From Dehalococcoidia bacterium (GTDB lineage Bacteria; Chloroflexota; Dehalococcoidia; Bin125), in NCBI GenBank assembly GCA_963662615.2, contig CAXXSR010000001.1, positions 160,001-224,000 of the forward strand: DNA of 64,000 nucleotides, read 5' to 3'. Within the stretch, counting starts at the first letter, position 1. Each line of letters starts with the position of its first letter. The translations under genes and the position numbers were made by a program. This document shows, one piece after another, positions 9,589 through 19,221 of the stretch. A model generated the notes under the pieces. That model ran no database searches. It saw only the letters and a list, made by a program, of their open reading frames with translations, and was not told the origin of the DNA.

Positions 9589-9918
9589 TTCTCCTCAATC
9601 AGCAGGCACTCTGCCCAAGTGGGAAGGCGAGTTTTGCGTCAGACGTGAGCACGTCATTCTCATCCGTCCTGTGCCGACTGCCTTGCAGCATGGCGCGGCA
9701 GGAGAGTCGCCAATGGAAGCATCGTAATGGCTGGCCCCAGCGCTCGCGCAGTCGATGCTCCGCGGCGGCGGGCCCGCGTCGAGTCGTGGCCAGCATGCAC
9801 GATGGGTTCACGATGACGGGCGAGGAGCGGCGCACAGAACTCAGACCACGAGCCATCGAGACGATCCGTGGTCTAAGCTCTGGCGGAACCGAGCGCCGCC
9901 GTCCCGGGGAGGATTCGG

Positions 9919-11007
9919 ATGCCGCATGCCGATCTCGGTGCGCCCATTGAGCGGCTCGACACCCCGGCCCTGCTGGTTGATCTGGACGCACTGGACCACA
10001 ACATCGCCACCATGGCCACCGCCGCCTCGGCGGTCGGCGCCGCCTGGCGTCCGCACATCAAGGCCGGCAAGGCTCCGGCCTTGGCCGCGCGCCTGATCGC
10101 GGGCGGCGCCGTGGGCGTGACCAGCGCCAAGGTGTCGGAAGCCGAAGCGATGGTCGATGGCGGCATCGACGACATCCTGATCGCCAACGAGATCGTGGGG
10201 CCGGTCAAGATCGCGCGGCTGGCCAAGCTGGCGCGACGCGCGCGGCTGTGCGTGGCCGTGGACGACGCCGGGAACCTGCGCCAAGTGGCCGCCGCTATGC
10301 GCGCCGCCGGGGCCCAGATCGACGTGCTGATCGATGTCAACGTGAACATGAACCGCTGTGGCGTCCGGCCCGATGCGGCCCCAGCCCTCGCGGCCCTGGC
10401 CACTGAGCTCGATGGCGTGGCGCTGCGGGGACTGATGGGCTACGAGGGCCACGTCATGCACATGGACCCGGAGGAGAAGGAGCGCGAGAGCGCCGCCGCC
10501 GCGGACGTCCTGCGTGAAGCCCGCGCCCTGGTTGAGGCCGCCGGCCGGCCCGTGGGCATCACCAGCGGCGGCGGCAGCGGCAACTACGCCATCGCCCTGG
10601 CCCAAGGCCATCTCAACGAGCTTCAAGCCGGCGGCGGCGTGCTGATGGACCGCACGTACGTCGAGATGGGCGTGAAGGGGCATCGACACGCGCTCTTCGT
10701 GCTGTCGCAAATCATCAGCGCGCCCGACGGCGCCCGCGTCATCGGCGACGCGGGCTGGAAGAGCAGCGGGCGTCACACGGGGCTTCCCGTCGTCCAGGGC
10801 CGCGACGACCTGGAGCTCGTGGGCCTGAGCGCGGAGCACACGCACTACCGGCTGCACCCCGGCGCCCAGGTGCGCCCGGGCGATCAGATCACGTTGATCC
10901 CCAGCTACTCCGACTCCACTGTCCTCTTGCACCGCTGCATCCACGCCGTGCGGGACGGCGTCGTGGAAGAGGTCTGGCCGATCACGGCGGCGGGCATGCT
11001 TCAGTAG
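9919..11007 (+). CDS. DSD1-family PLP-dependent enzyme (D-threonine aldolase/D-serine dehydratase-like)
   Basis: LDTPALLVD, RPHIK (PLP Lys), RCGV, GYEGH, DAGWK, SAEH; GGAGG RBS. Confidence 0.9.
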   Translation: MPHADLGAPIERLDTPALLVDLDALDHNIATMATAASAVGAAWRPHIKAGKAPALAARLIAGGAVGVTSAKVSEAEAMVDGGIDDILIANEIVGPVKIARLAKLARRARLCVAVDDAGNLRQVAAAMRAAGAQIDVLIDVNVNMNRCGVRPDAAPALAALATELDGVALRGLMGYEGHVMHMDPEEKERESAAAADVLREARALVEAAGRPVGITSGGGSGNYAIALAQGHLNELQAGGGVLMDRTYVEMGVKGHRHALFVLSQIISAPDGARVIGDAGWKSSGRHTGLPVVQGRDDLELVGLSAEHTHYRLHPGAQVRPGDQITLIPSYSDSTVLLHRCIHAVRDGVVEEVWPITAAGMLQ

Positions 11008-11198
11008 TCAGCCGCCGCGCGCGAGGTGCTCGCGAACGGCGCCGCCGTGCTCACGCACGAGCGCAACGACTACACCGCCAAGCCGTTGAGTGACGGGCGC
11101 GCGCTGTTACGCCTCGGCCGGCGTGGGGGTGGCAGCGGACCGCGCCCTCCATGCTGAACCCAAACGGCTGGGCGTCCCCGGGCAATGCGGTGACCCGC

Positions 11199-12254
11199 TC
11201 AATAGCCGCGGTCCCAGTCGATCACGTTTCGCAGCGGCTGCCCGTCGAGGTAGGCCCGGAGGTTGTCGCAGAAGATCTCGACGGCGCGATGCTGTTGGCG
11301 ATCGGTGGCCCCCGAGACGTGGGGAGTGATGAGGACCCGCTCATCCTGCCACAGGCCCGGATCGGGGTCGCGCTCGAATTCGCCGACATACACATCGAGC
11401 GCCACGCCACGCAGCCGGTCCCGAGCGAGTGCCGCCCGCAGGGCACTCTCATCGATGATCTCGCCGCGCGCGACGTTGACCAGCACCGTCCCCGTGCGCA
11501 TCGCCGCAAAGGCCTGGGCGTCCAGCAAGTTCGTGGTCTCCGGTGTCCATTGGCAGCAGACGGCCACGAACTCGCTCTGCGCGAGCAGCGCCAGAAGGCC
11601 GCTCGCTGGCTCGATTCGCGAGAACCCGGGGAGCAGCTCGCCGGCCGCACCCGCGCGTCGCGTGCCGACAACGTCCATGCCGAGCGCGGCGCAGCGCCGG
11701 CCCACCGCAGATCCGATCCCCCCCGTGCCGATCACGCACGCGGTCTTGCCCTCGAGCGAGACGGGGGCGTAGGCACGATGGTCGAACCGCCCGCCGGCGC
11801 GATCGTGCGGGGCCCTATGCAGCCCGCGGGCGAAGTGCAGGAACGCGGCGATGACGTACTCCGCGATGGGGCCGGTTTCCCCGTAGCCGCGCGTCGTGGT
11901 GACGATCACGTCGCTGCCCCAGAGATCGCCCCGACGCAGATTGCTCGCCCCCGCCGGCCGCTGGTGGAACCAGCGCAGTCGCGGCGCCCGCGCTCGGAGG
12001 TCGAGGGGGAAGGGAAAGCCGCCCAGGATCACCTCGGCCTGGGCCAGCACGGCATCTCGCGCTTCGCGAGAGCCTGCGCCGTGCGCATCGGGCTGGAGGT
12101 AGCGATCGACGGTAAATCGTGGCCAAGTGGTGCGGATCTCGCCGTCGAACCAGCCCCCTGCGTCGGTCAGGTGGACGCGGGGATCGATCCGTTCGATCCG
12201 CGCACGGTCGGCATCATTCAGGCGGACGATCGAGAGAATCTCCACTCGCTCCAT
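11199..12254 (-). CDS. D-2-hydroxyacid dehydrogenase
   Basis: GTGGIG, NVARGEIIDE, LDV, ITPHVSG motifs. Confidence 0.9.
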   Translation of the reverse strand: MERVEILSIVRLNDADRARIERIDPRVHLTDAGGWFDGEIRTTWPRFTVDRYLQPDAHGAGSREARDAVLAQAEVILGGFPFPLDLRARAPRLRWFHQRPAGASNLRRGDLWGSDVIVTTTRGYGETGPIAEYVIAAFLHFARGLHRAPHDRAGGRFDHRAYAPVSLEGKTACVIGTGGIGSAVGRRCAALGMDVVGTRRAGAAGELLPGFSRIEPASGLLALLAQSEFVAVCCQWTPETTNLLDAQAFAAMRTGTVLVNVARGEIIDESALRAALARDRLRGVALDVYVGEFERDPDPGLWQDERVLITPHVSGATDRQQHRAVEIFCDNLRAYLDGQPLRNVIDWDRGY

Positions 12255-12370
12255 TGTCACCAGTCTCAGGGGAAGATTAGCGGCCAACGCACGGCGCGTC
12301 GGATTCTACGGCGGTGTGCCGCAAATCATACTCGTCGGATCTACGTCAATCCCTTTCCTGCCCCCTCCTG

Positions 12371-12416
12371 TTGCCAGCATCGTTGACAGCGACGCCAACG
12401 AATTGACAGCGACGCC
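12371..12416. repeat. three direct repeats TTG(A/C)CAGC, two extended to TTGACAGCGACGCC (possible integrase arm-type sites)
   Basis: ttgccagc at 12371; ttgacagcgacgcc at 12383-12396 and 12403-12416. Confidence 0.6.
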
Positions 12417-12510
12417 TGTGGAATCCAGCCGACAGACGAAGCGTTGCCCCACTAAAGGACGGACCGAGCCGGACGACCCGGAATCATGTGCTGCGGATTT
12501 CAAGAGCGCC

Positions 12511-12646
12511 GCAAGGCGCGATTTTCACACTCTAACTGGACAACTTTTCCTGCTACCCTCCGGAGAGAAGCTCAGCGCATGTCGTTTGCGGCTTCCCAAG
12601 CAGAGGGGCGAGGGGTCGAGTCCCTTCTCCCGCTCCAGATCGTCCG
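12511..12646 (+). repeat. tRNA-Gly(CCC)-derived element, copy A (att-like/pseudo-tRNA)
   Basis: 12591-12637 matches the last 47 nt of the tRNA at 58950-59024 with 3 mismatches; whole element aligns with 29071-29204 in reverse. Confidence 0.85.
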
Positions 12647-12658
12647 GCAGGAGGCACC

Positions 12659-12988
12659 GTGCTCGCACTGTGGGTCAAGGTTCGAGTCCGCCCGGATCAA
12701 CGGGAGCGGTTTCTCAACGCGATTGAGACGGACGCCTTGGGCTCGGAGCGAGACGAGCCGGGCTGCCTGCGGTTCAACGTGCTCCAGGACGCCGAGGACG
12801 AGAACACGTACTACTACTACGAGGTGTATGAGGACGAAGCAGCGGTCGAGGCGCATCGGACGATGTCTCACTACGCGACCTGGAAGGCCGCCGGGGACAC
12901 GCTGGCCGGCCCGGTCGAGGTCACACGCCTGGATACGGTGTTCCCGGCCAACTCCGCGTACTGGGCGAAGAGGGAAAAGGGCAAGTGA
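12659..12988 (+). CDS. ABM family protein (putative quinol monooxygenase/LsrG-like)
   Basis: EPGCLRFNVLQD, YEVY, AHRTMSHY; AGGAGG RBS. Confidence 0.88.
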   Translation: MLALWVKVRVRPDQRERFLNAIETDALGSERDEPGCLRFNVLQDAEDENTYYYYEVYEDEAAVEAHRTMSHYATWKAAGDTLAGPVEVTRLDTVFPANSAYWAKREKGK

Positions 12989-13113
12989 GGACGGCTGCCG
13001 GAAGCGGAGCACAGCCGTCCAGGTGGACAAGGCGGTCGCTGGGGGACCGTGGTCCACTGCCGATCGAACGCACGCCACGCTGTTCTTGAGCCGCACGTGA
13101 CAAGGAGCCTTTG

Positions 13114-14829
13114 ATGCGAACGTACCACGACATTCGCCTGAGCGATCGCACCATCACGACGCAGGAGTTGCACGGCGAGGCGATCGTGAACGCCGGCCGC
13201 TACCTGATCGCCAAGACACTCCTGGCGATGGACGTAGCGACCGCCGACCCGCTGTCGCCGCGGAATCCCCTCATCTTCTCCGCCGGCCCCTTCGCCGGCT
13301 CCACGTTCTCCAACGCCAACCGCACGAGCGTGGGTTGCAAGAGCCCGCTCACGGGCGGCATCAAAGAGGCGAACGGAGGCGGCACCTTCGCCTACGCCCT
13401 GGGGCAGCTCCGCATCGCCGGGTTCACGCTTCTGGATGCCTCGCCGGACTGGGTCGTGCTCCACCTGAAGAAGGGCGGAGGCATGGAGTTTGACGACGCG
13501 GCTCCGTATCTGGGCAAGGGCAATGTCGAAGCGACCGAGATGCTGCTTGCGCAGTACGGCAAGAAGGTCGCGCTCGCGCTCTGTGGGCCTGTGGGCGAGT
13601 ACCAGGACCTCCTGGCGGGCATCACCTTCACCGATAAGGACCGCCGGCCGTCGCGGCTGGCAGCACGGGGCGGCGTGGGCGCTGTCATGGGGTCGAAGCG
13701 GGTCAAGGCCATCGTCGTCGATCTGGACCGCATGCCGCCTTTCGAGGAGCCAAAGAAGGTTAACGCCAGCATCAAGCAATACGCCCAGATGGTTCTCAAA
13801 GACGACGCCATTCAGAAGACCTACGCCCCACTCGGGACGATGGCCATGGCCGACCTCCAGAACTCCCTGGGAGGCTTGCCCGTGCGGAACTTCAGCGCCG
13901 GCCAGCTCGTTGACGTCGACGCCGGCGAGACGTTCAAGCTGGGCGCCGACTACATTGGACCGCTCAACACCTCGCGCGGCGGAGAGCAGACGCACGCCTG
14001 CATGCCGGGCTGCATCATCCAGTGCAGCAACGTCTACCACGACGCCGACGGCAAGGAGGTCGTTTCACCGGTTGAGTACGAGACGCTGGGCTTGTTGGGC
14101 TCCAACTGCGGCCTCACGGACCCGGACGACCTGGCGCAGCTCAACGCCATCGCCAACGACCTCGGCATCGACACCATCGAGACCGGCGCCACGCTCTCGG
14201 TGCTCATGGAGGGCGGGCTGGGCGCCTTTGGCGACGTGAAGTTCATGACCGACTGCCTGGCGGAGATCCGCGAAGGCACGGAGCAGGGGCGCCTCTGGGC
14301 GCAGGGGACGGCGCGCGTCGGCGCGCATTACGGGGTGCGTCGGGTGCCGGTGATCAAACGTCAGGCGATCAGTGCTTACGATCCCCGCGTCGTTGAGGCC
14401 ACGGGCATCGCGATGATGACGACGGCGCAGGGCGCGGACCACACGGTGGGCAACTTGCCCCGCCTGAAGACGCGCGAGATGGATACGGAGTCGCTTGTCA
14501 GCCAGAGCCTGGCCCAACAAACGAAAGTGGCCGCCACGGACTCGCTCGGCCTGTGCGTGTTTGGGCAGAGCGTGACCAACACGCAGTTGGAGTTCCTGAC
14601 CACCGCCCTCAACGCCGCGCACGGCACGAGCCTCAGCGAGGAGTTCTTCGAGGCTCTGGGGCGCGAGACGCTGCGCCTTGAGTGGGAGTTCAACCGCCAG
14701 GCCGGGTTCACAGAAAAGGACGACGAGCTGCCCGCTTTCTTCTACGAAGAGCCTCTGCCCCCGACCGACCGCGTGGCGCGCTTCCACGCCGAGGACGTTC
14801 ACGGGATGTACGAGCGCCTGACCGTCTGA
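13114..14829 (+). CDS. aldehyde:ferredoxin oxidoreductase family protein (W/Mo-pterin)
   Basis: KSPLTGGIKEANGGG, AARGGVGAVMGSK, CMPGCIIQC, EYET, DSLGLC; AAGGAG RBS. Confidence 0.92.
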   Translation: MRTYHDIRLSDRTITTQELHGEAIVNAGRYLIAKTLLAMDVATADPLSPRNPLIFSAGPFAGSTFSNANRTSVGCKSPLTGGIKEANGGGTFAYALGQLRIAGFTLLDASPDWVVLHLKKGGGMEFDDAAPYLGKGNVEATEMLLAQYGKKVALALCGPVGEYQDLLAGITFTDKDRRPSRLAARGGVGAVMGSKRVKAIVVDLDRMPPFEEPKKVNASIKQYAQMVLKDDAIQKTYAPLGTMAMADLQNSLGGLPVRNFSAGQLVDVDAGETFKLGADYIGPLNTSRGGEQTHACMPGCIIQCSNVYHDADGKEVVSPVEYETLGLLGSNCGLTDPDDLAQLNAIANDLGIDTIETGATLSVLMEGGLGAFGDVKFMTDCLAEIREGTEQGRLWAQGTARVGAHYGVRRVPVIKRQAISAYDPRVVEATGIAMMTTAQGADHTVGNLPRLKTREMDTESLVSQSLAQQTKVAATDSLGLCVFGQSVTNTQLEFLTTALNAAHGTSLSEEFFEALGRETLRLEWEFNRQAGFTEKDDELPAFFYEEPLPPTDRVARFHAEDVHGMYERLTV

Positions 14830-15048
14830 CGGCGCTGGCAAGGGTCGCTCAGAAGCGATGCTGCGACCTCCAATGCCTCCCAGGCTGCCGACGCCCTCCG
14901 CTGCGCGCGCGAAGTTCAGCACAGTACCCCGGCTGACCAAGGCAAGCACTCGATGTCGATACCACCCCAGGCGCGGGGGATCGTGCCGATTCAGGAGAAG
15001 CGTATCTCCCAAGCCGCATGCGCCGGCTGACGGAGCGGGGAGAGGGTC

Positions 15049-15456
15049 ATGAATGTGACAGTAGGGCAGATCAGCGAGAGGTCGCTTGAGGTCACGCCTC
15101 AACGCGTAGAGCTGTACGCGCAGGTGACCGGCGATCGCAACCCGCTGCACTTCGACCGTGAGTGGACGGCGCGGACGCGCTTTGGCCGGCTCATAGCGCA
15201 GGGTGGTCTTACGACGGGTTTGCTCCACGCCCTCGTGGTCATGGAGATGCCAGGGCCGGGCTCGGTCTTCATGGAGCAACATTGGCAGTTCCCCGCACCC
15301 GTCTATATTGGCGACACGATCACGGCCCGGGCGGCAGTGACCTGGGTGCATGAGCGCGAGCCAATTGCGCGCCTGGCGATGAACGTGACCAATCAGGACG
15401 GTGCGCAAGTATTGGCCGGAGAGGCGACGATCTACCAGGCCGAGGCGAGAGCGTAG
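15049..15456 (+). CDS. MaoC family dehydratase
   Basis: TGDRNPLHFD, MPGPGS, F.APVYIGDTI. Confidence 0.9.
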   Translation: MNVTVGQISERSLEVTPQRVELYAQVTGDRNPLHFDREWTARTRFGRLIAQGGLTTGLLHALVVMEMPGPGSVFMEQHWQFPAPVYIGDTITARAAVTWVHEREPIARLAMNVTNQDGAQVLAGEATIYQAEARA

Positions 15457-15590
15457 GTCCGCGCCGGCTGGCATTTCCCGCGCCCCCGGACCCCCGCCAT
15501 TCACACGCCGCGTGCGCCGGCTCCCAAAGCGCGCGGTTCGCTCGAACCGACACCGGCGGTGCAAGTCGTTGGCCAACGAGCCCAGCGTCC

Positions 15591-16808
15591 TGGACCTCAG
15601 GGGTCGCCGCGGTCGTCGTCCTCGCGATCGTCGGGCGCCGGCCCTTCGAGGGCGAGGCGGGGGCGGAGCAGGCGGAGCGTCCACTCCTTGGCTTGCAGGT
15701 AGAAGGAGCGGATCCCGCCCACGACGCCCTGGGGCAGCAGCAGAATCACGGCGATCAGGATCATGCCGTAGACGATCTGGCGCAGGATCGGATCGAGGTC
15801 GAGCACCTCGGGGAGAAACCAGACCACGACGGCGCCGGCGAGCGGCCCCAGGAGCCAGCGCGCGCCCCCGAGCAGCAACATCAAGACGATCAGGAGGCTG
15901 TCGAAGGCGTCAAACAGGCGCGGCTCAATATGGCGCAGGAAGTAGCCGTAGTAGACGCCCCCCACCCCCGCGAACAGGCCGCTGATCATGAAGGTGGAGA
16001 CTTTGGTCCAGTTGACGTTGATGCCCAGGGATCCCGCCAGGGGCTCGTTCTCCCGCACCGCCCGCATGGTGCGCCCGAGCGGCGAGTGGGCGATCCCGTA
16101 GACGCCGAGCATCGCCACGCCCAGGAAGGCCAGGATCAGGAAGTAGGCCGGCCGCAGGTCCACGAAATGTTGCCCCAGGACGGACGGAATCCGTTCCGGG
16201 ATAAAGAGCCCTTGGGCGCCGCCGGTGAGATCGCCCCCATTGGTGAGCACGATGGCTAAGAGCTCGCCGGAGGCAAAGGTCAGGATCAAGAAGTGGTGCC
16301 CGCTGACGCGAATGGAGGGGAAGCCCAGCACGCCCGCGGCGAGGGCGGCGGTGATCCCGGCCAGGGGGAGGGCGGCCCAGAAGGAGATGCCGAACTCGCG
16401 CAGGAGGATGGCGCCCAGATAGGCCCCCACGCCCATGAGCGCCGCGTGGGCGATGGAGATCATGCCGATCTGGCCGAAGAGGAGGGCGAGGCCGTAGAGC
16501 ACCACGGCGTTGACGGCGGTGAGGATGGCGATGCTGAGCAGCCGCTGCGTGGGCAGGATCCAGGGCAAGAGGATCAGCAGCGTGGGTATGGCGATCAGCA
16601 GGACGATCCGCTCGGGGGAGGGGGTTAGCAGATCCTCGGGGACGAAGGCGCGCCAGCCGCGGCCGGCATCCGCGGGGGTGTCCCCGCGCCGCTCACTCTT
16701 CAGCAATCGTTGCCCCCTCCGCTCTCACTGCCACCCTTCCGACCGGTCTTGGATGCGAGTCACGATGATAGGTCCCAGCAGCGCTGGGGGCGAGGATGGC
16801 GGCGCCCG
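15591..16808. repeat. 1218-bp direct duplication, copy 1 (copy 2 at 32739-33956)
   Basis: Same sequence at constant offset 17148; identical ORF translations; flanks diverge immediately outside. Confidence 0.93.
15597..16706 (-). CDS. livM: branched-chain amino acid ABC transporter permease (LivM-like), copy 1
   Basis: GQIGMISIAHAALMGVGAY, TGGAQG, SPLGRTMRAVRENE, LLGG...GPLAGA. Confidence 0.88.
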   Translation of the reverse strand: MLKSERRGDTPADAGRGWRAFVPEDLLTPSPERIVLLIAIPTLLILLPWILPTQRLLSIAILTAVNAVVLYGLALLFGQIGMISIAHAALMGVGAYLGAILLREFGISFWAALPLAGITAALAAGVLGFPSIRVSGHHFLILTFASGELLAIVLTNGGDLTGGAQGLFIPERIPSVLGQHFVDLRPAYFLILAFLGVAMLGVYGIAHSPLGRTMRAVRENEPLAGSLGINVNWTKVSTFMISGLFAGVGGVYYGYFLRHIEPRLFDAFDSLLIVLMLLLGGARWLLGPLAGAVVVWFLPEVLDLDPILRQIVYGMILIAVILLLPQGVVGGIRSFYLQAKEWTLRLLRPRLALEGPAPDDREDDDRGDP

Positions 16809-17312
16809 GCGGCTTCATGGTGGGCGACGCGCTCTACAGCTTCGAGATCGTCGAACGCGACAGCCGCTCCGAACAGGATCTGGCGGTGCCCGCGGTGATC
16901 GAGCTGGTTGGGGACATCGGCGTGCGGTACGTCATCGGTTCCATGCGGGACGACTACTCCGTCATCACGCAGGAGTACGCGAACCAGGAGGGCGTCATCC
17001 TGTTCCCCGGCTCGATGATTCACCAGACGTACCTCACCCCGGAGACCGTGGCCCCCGGTGGCGAGAAGCGTTTCCGCTTCAAGGTTCACCCGACTCACTT
17101 CGTCAGGGACGTGTTCTTGGCGGTGGGGGTGTCCGACTTCGTCCCGGAAGCGAAGAGCTCGGTGCTCTTCATCCGGGATGACCCCGTGGGCGATGCTGTC
17201 CCGCCATTCTGGACGTGGCGGAGCCGAAGGTGGGCCGCGAGCCGCCGGCTTTCCTCAAATCCCCGCCGGGCACGACCGACTTTGCCCCCATCGTGACGCG
17301 GTTGAAGGCCTT
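16809..17312 (+). pseudogene. internal fragment of ABC substrate-binding protein (paralogue of 31035-32461), frameshifted
   Basis: GGFMVGDALYSFEIVERDSRSE vs GGVQVGDTIYSLEIEERDIRSD; frame change near 17218 restores PPGTTDFAP; no signal peptide or C-terminus. Confidence 0.8.
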
Positions 17313-17447
17313 GGCGCTCAGAAACTCTCCTCAGAGCGCCGTCATTGCCGGCCGCTGGCGGCGGAGGTTCACACGTCTGGCTGCGCGACCCCGCCCGGTC
17401 CGACGACAGCGTCCTCACGCTCTCGCGGGAAGATCCCCCCTCTGGTC

Positions 17448-18995
17448 TCAAATTGACGCGCGCATCCAATCGGCAATGCGCTCACCGATCATGATGCAGG
17501 GGAGGTTGGTGTTCGCAGTGGGAATCGCTGGCATAATGGAGGCGTCGACTACGCGCAGGTTTTGCAGCCCGCGGACACGTCCCTGCTGATCGACGACGGC
17601 ACTGGGGTCGTCCGGCGGACCCATCTTGCAGGTGCAGCTCAGATGGTTGCCCGTGGTGGCCTCGGCGCGGAGGTACTCGTCCAGCGCCGCATCATCGCGC
17701 AGGGTGGCCTCGTCCAGCCCCACCACCCGCTCCGTCATCTCACGCATGGCCGGCGAGTGGACCATGTCCCAGGAGAGCCGCGTGCCCTCCCGCAAGCGGC
17801 GCATGTCGTTGGGGTCGTCGCCATAATTGAGGGTGACCAGCGGCGCCTCATGGCAGTCAGCGCTGCGAAGACGGACGCGGCCGCGCGTCTTGGGCACATG
17901 CTCAAGGACGACTCCCATGACGAAGAGCCTCAGCCAGCCATACGCGTCCTTTAACTCCGGCCCCTCTGACCAGGTGGCATACGTGAGCGGCAGCAGCTGC
18001 ATGTCGTTGGCGCGTGCGCTCCCTTCCGATGTGTAGCGGAGGGTGACCTGAACGACCGGATCCTCTGCCTTGGCATCCATCCCTTCCTTGTACAGGCACC
18101 GGATCACCGCCACCGGGTGATCGGTCAGGTTGGCGCCAACGCCCGGCAGATCCACCATGATTGGGATGCCCAGCGCCTCCAACTCCGCCCGGGGCCCCAC
18201 ACCAGAGCGCCAAAGGATGGGCGGCGTCTGAATCGCGCCCGCGGAGAGCACGATGTGCCGACCAGAGACGGTCTGCATTTCGCCGCCGCACTCCACCTCC
18301 AGGCCGACGGCGCGGTCCCCTTCGAAGATCACACGATTGACCAGGCAGTCGGCGCGGATGCTCAAGTTGAGGCGGTGGCGCGCCGGCGCCAGGTAGCCCA
18401 CCGCGGTGTCGATACGGGCACGGCCACTCCGATTCATGGCGATAGGGCTGACGCCGGTTGAGTCGGGGTGGTTGTGGTCCGGCGCGTACTCGTAGCCATG
18501 GTCGATGCACGCGGTCATGAAGGCCTTGTGCAAGGGGAGGAGTTCATGCTCTTTCCAGCGCACGATAGGGATGGGGCCTCCCTGCCCGTGGTAATCGCCG
18601 CCCTCATCTTGGTCGTCCTCCAGGCGGCGGAAGTAGGGGAGGACGTCTTTCCAGGACCAGTCTGGGTTGCCCAGCGCCGCCCATTCGTCGTAGTCGGTGG
18701 GACCAGTGCGCACGGCCATACAACCGTTGACGGACGAAGAGCCGCCGACGACTTTCCCGCGCGGCAACTGGATCATGCGGCCGGGAAACGCCTCGCCTTC
18801 GAAGTTCCAGTCGTGCGCGTCCAGCGAATGACAGTAGCTGCTGGCCAGATCGTCGGGCCTCTGGTCTAGGTTGGCGTAGTCGGGGCCCGCCTCCAGGAGC
18901 AGGACGCTGCGATGGCTGTCCTCGCTCAACCGTGCCGCCAGCACCGCGCCTGATGATCCCGCACCCACAATGATGACGTCGTATTCCGCTGACAT
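17448..18995 (-). CDS. GMC family oxidoreductase (choline dehydrogenase/MftG-like)
   Basis: YDVIIVGAGSSG, RGKVVGGSSSVNG, GVGANLTDH, HLSCTCKMG, ANTN; ATG at 18995. Confidence 0.92.
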   Translation of the reverse strand: MSAEYDVIIVGAGSSGAVLAARLSEDSHRSVLLLEAGPDYANLDQRPDDLASSYCHSLDAHDWNFEGEAFPGRMIQLPRGKVVGGSSSVNGCMAVRTGPTDYDEWAALGNPDWSWKDVLPYFRRLEDDQDEGGDYHGQGGPIPIVRWKEHELLPLHKAFMTACIDHGYEYAPDHNHPDSTGVSPIAMNRSGRARIDTAVGYLAPARHRLNLSIRADCLVNRVIFEGDRAVGLEVECGGEMQTVSGRHIVLSAGAIQTPPILWRSGVGPRAELEALGIPIMVDLPGVGANLTDHPVAVIRCLYKEGMDAKAEDPVVQVTLRYTSEGSARANDMQLLPLTYATWSEGPELKDAYGWLRLFVMGVVLEHVPKTRGRVRLRSADCHEAPLVTLNYGDDPNDMRRLREGTRLSWDMVHSPAMREMTERVVGLDEATLRDDAALDEYLRAEATTGNHLSCTCKMGPPDDPSAVVDQQGRVRGLQNLRVVDASIMPAIPTANTNLPCIMIGERIADWMRASI

Positions 18996-19221
18996 CGCCC
19001 CTGCCCCCCCCGAGCATGCGACCGCGCCGGCGTGAGCTGGGCGCCGCCGTCCGGCGCATCGTAGCATCGCGCAGGTGGAGGACGAAAAGAAACCGGCGGT
19101 TCCGCTGCGAGCAAAGCGGCGCGGCCACACCGGCGGCGGTGGACGGCAGGAGGCGGTGCACTGACGCGACGCCGCGCACGCACGCCCCGGCGGACTCCGG
19201 GAAGCGGTTGGGAGAATCAGT

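Noticed and set aside
9841-9877. Inverted repeat agaccacg...cgtggtct upstream of the DSD1 gene
   Set aside because: Single 8-bp stem; could be an operator but has no further support
12494-12512. Reverse strand gcggcgctcttgaaatccg resembling a tRNA-Ser(TGA) anticodon arm
   Set aside because: Only 19 nt with mismatches; cannot be separated from chance
12561-12637. Second functional tRNA-Gly gene
   Set aside because: Acceptor stem, D arm and T loop (GTCGA) are disrupted; treated as a tRNA-derived repeat
14965-14983. ccccaggcgcgggggatcg resembling a type I-E CRISPR repeat
   Set aside because: Single partial occurrence
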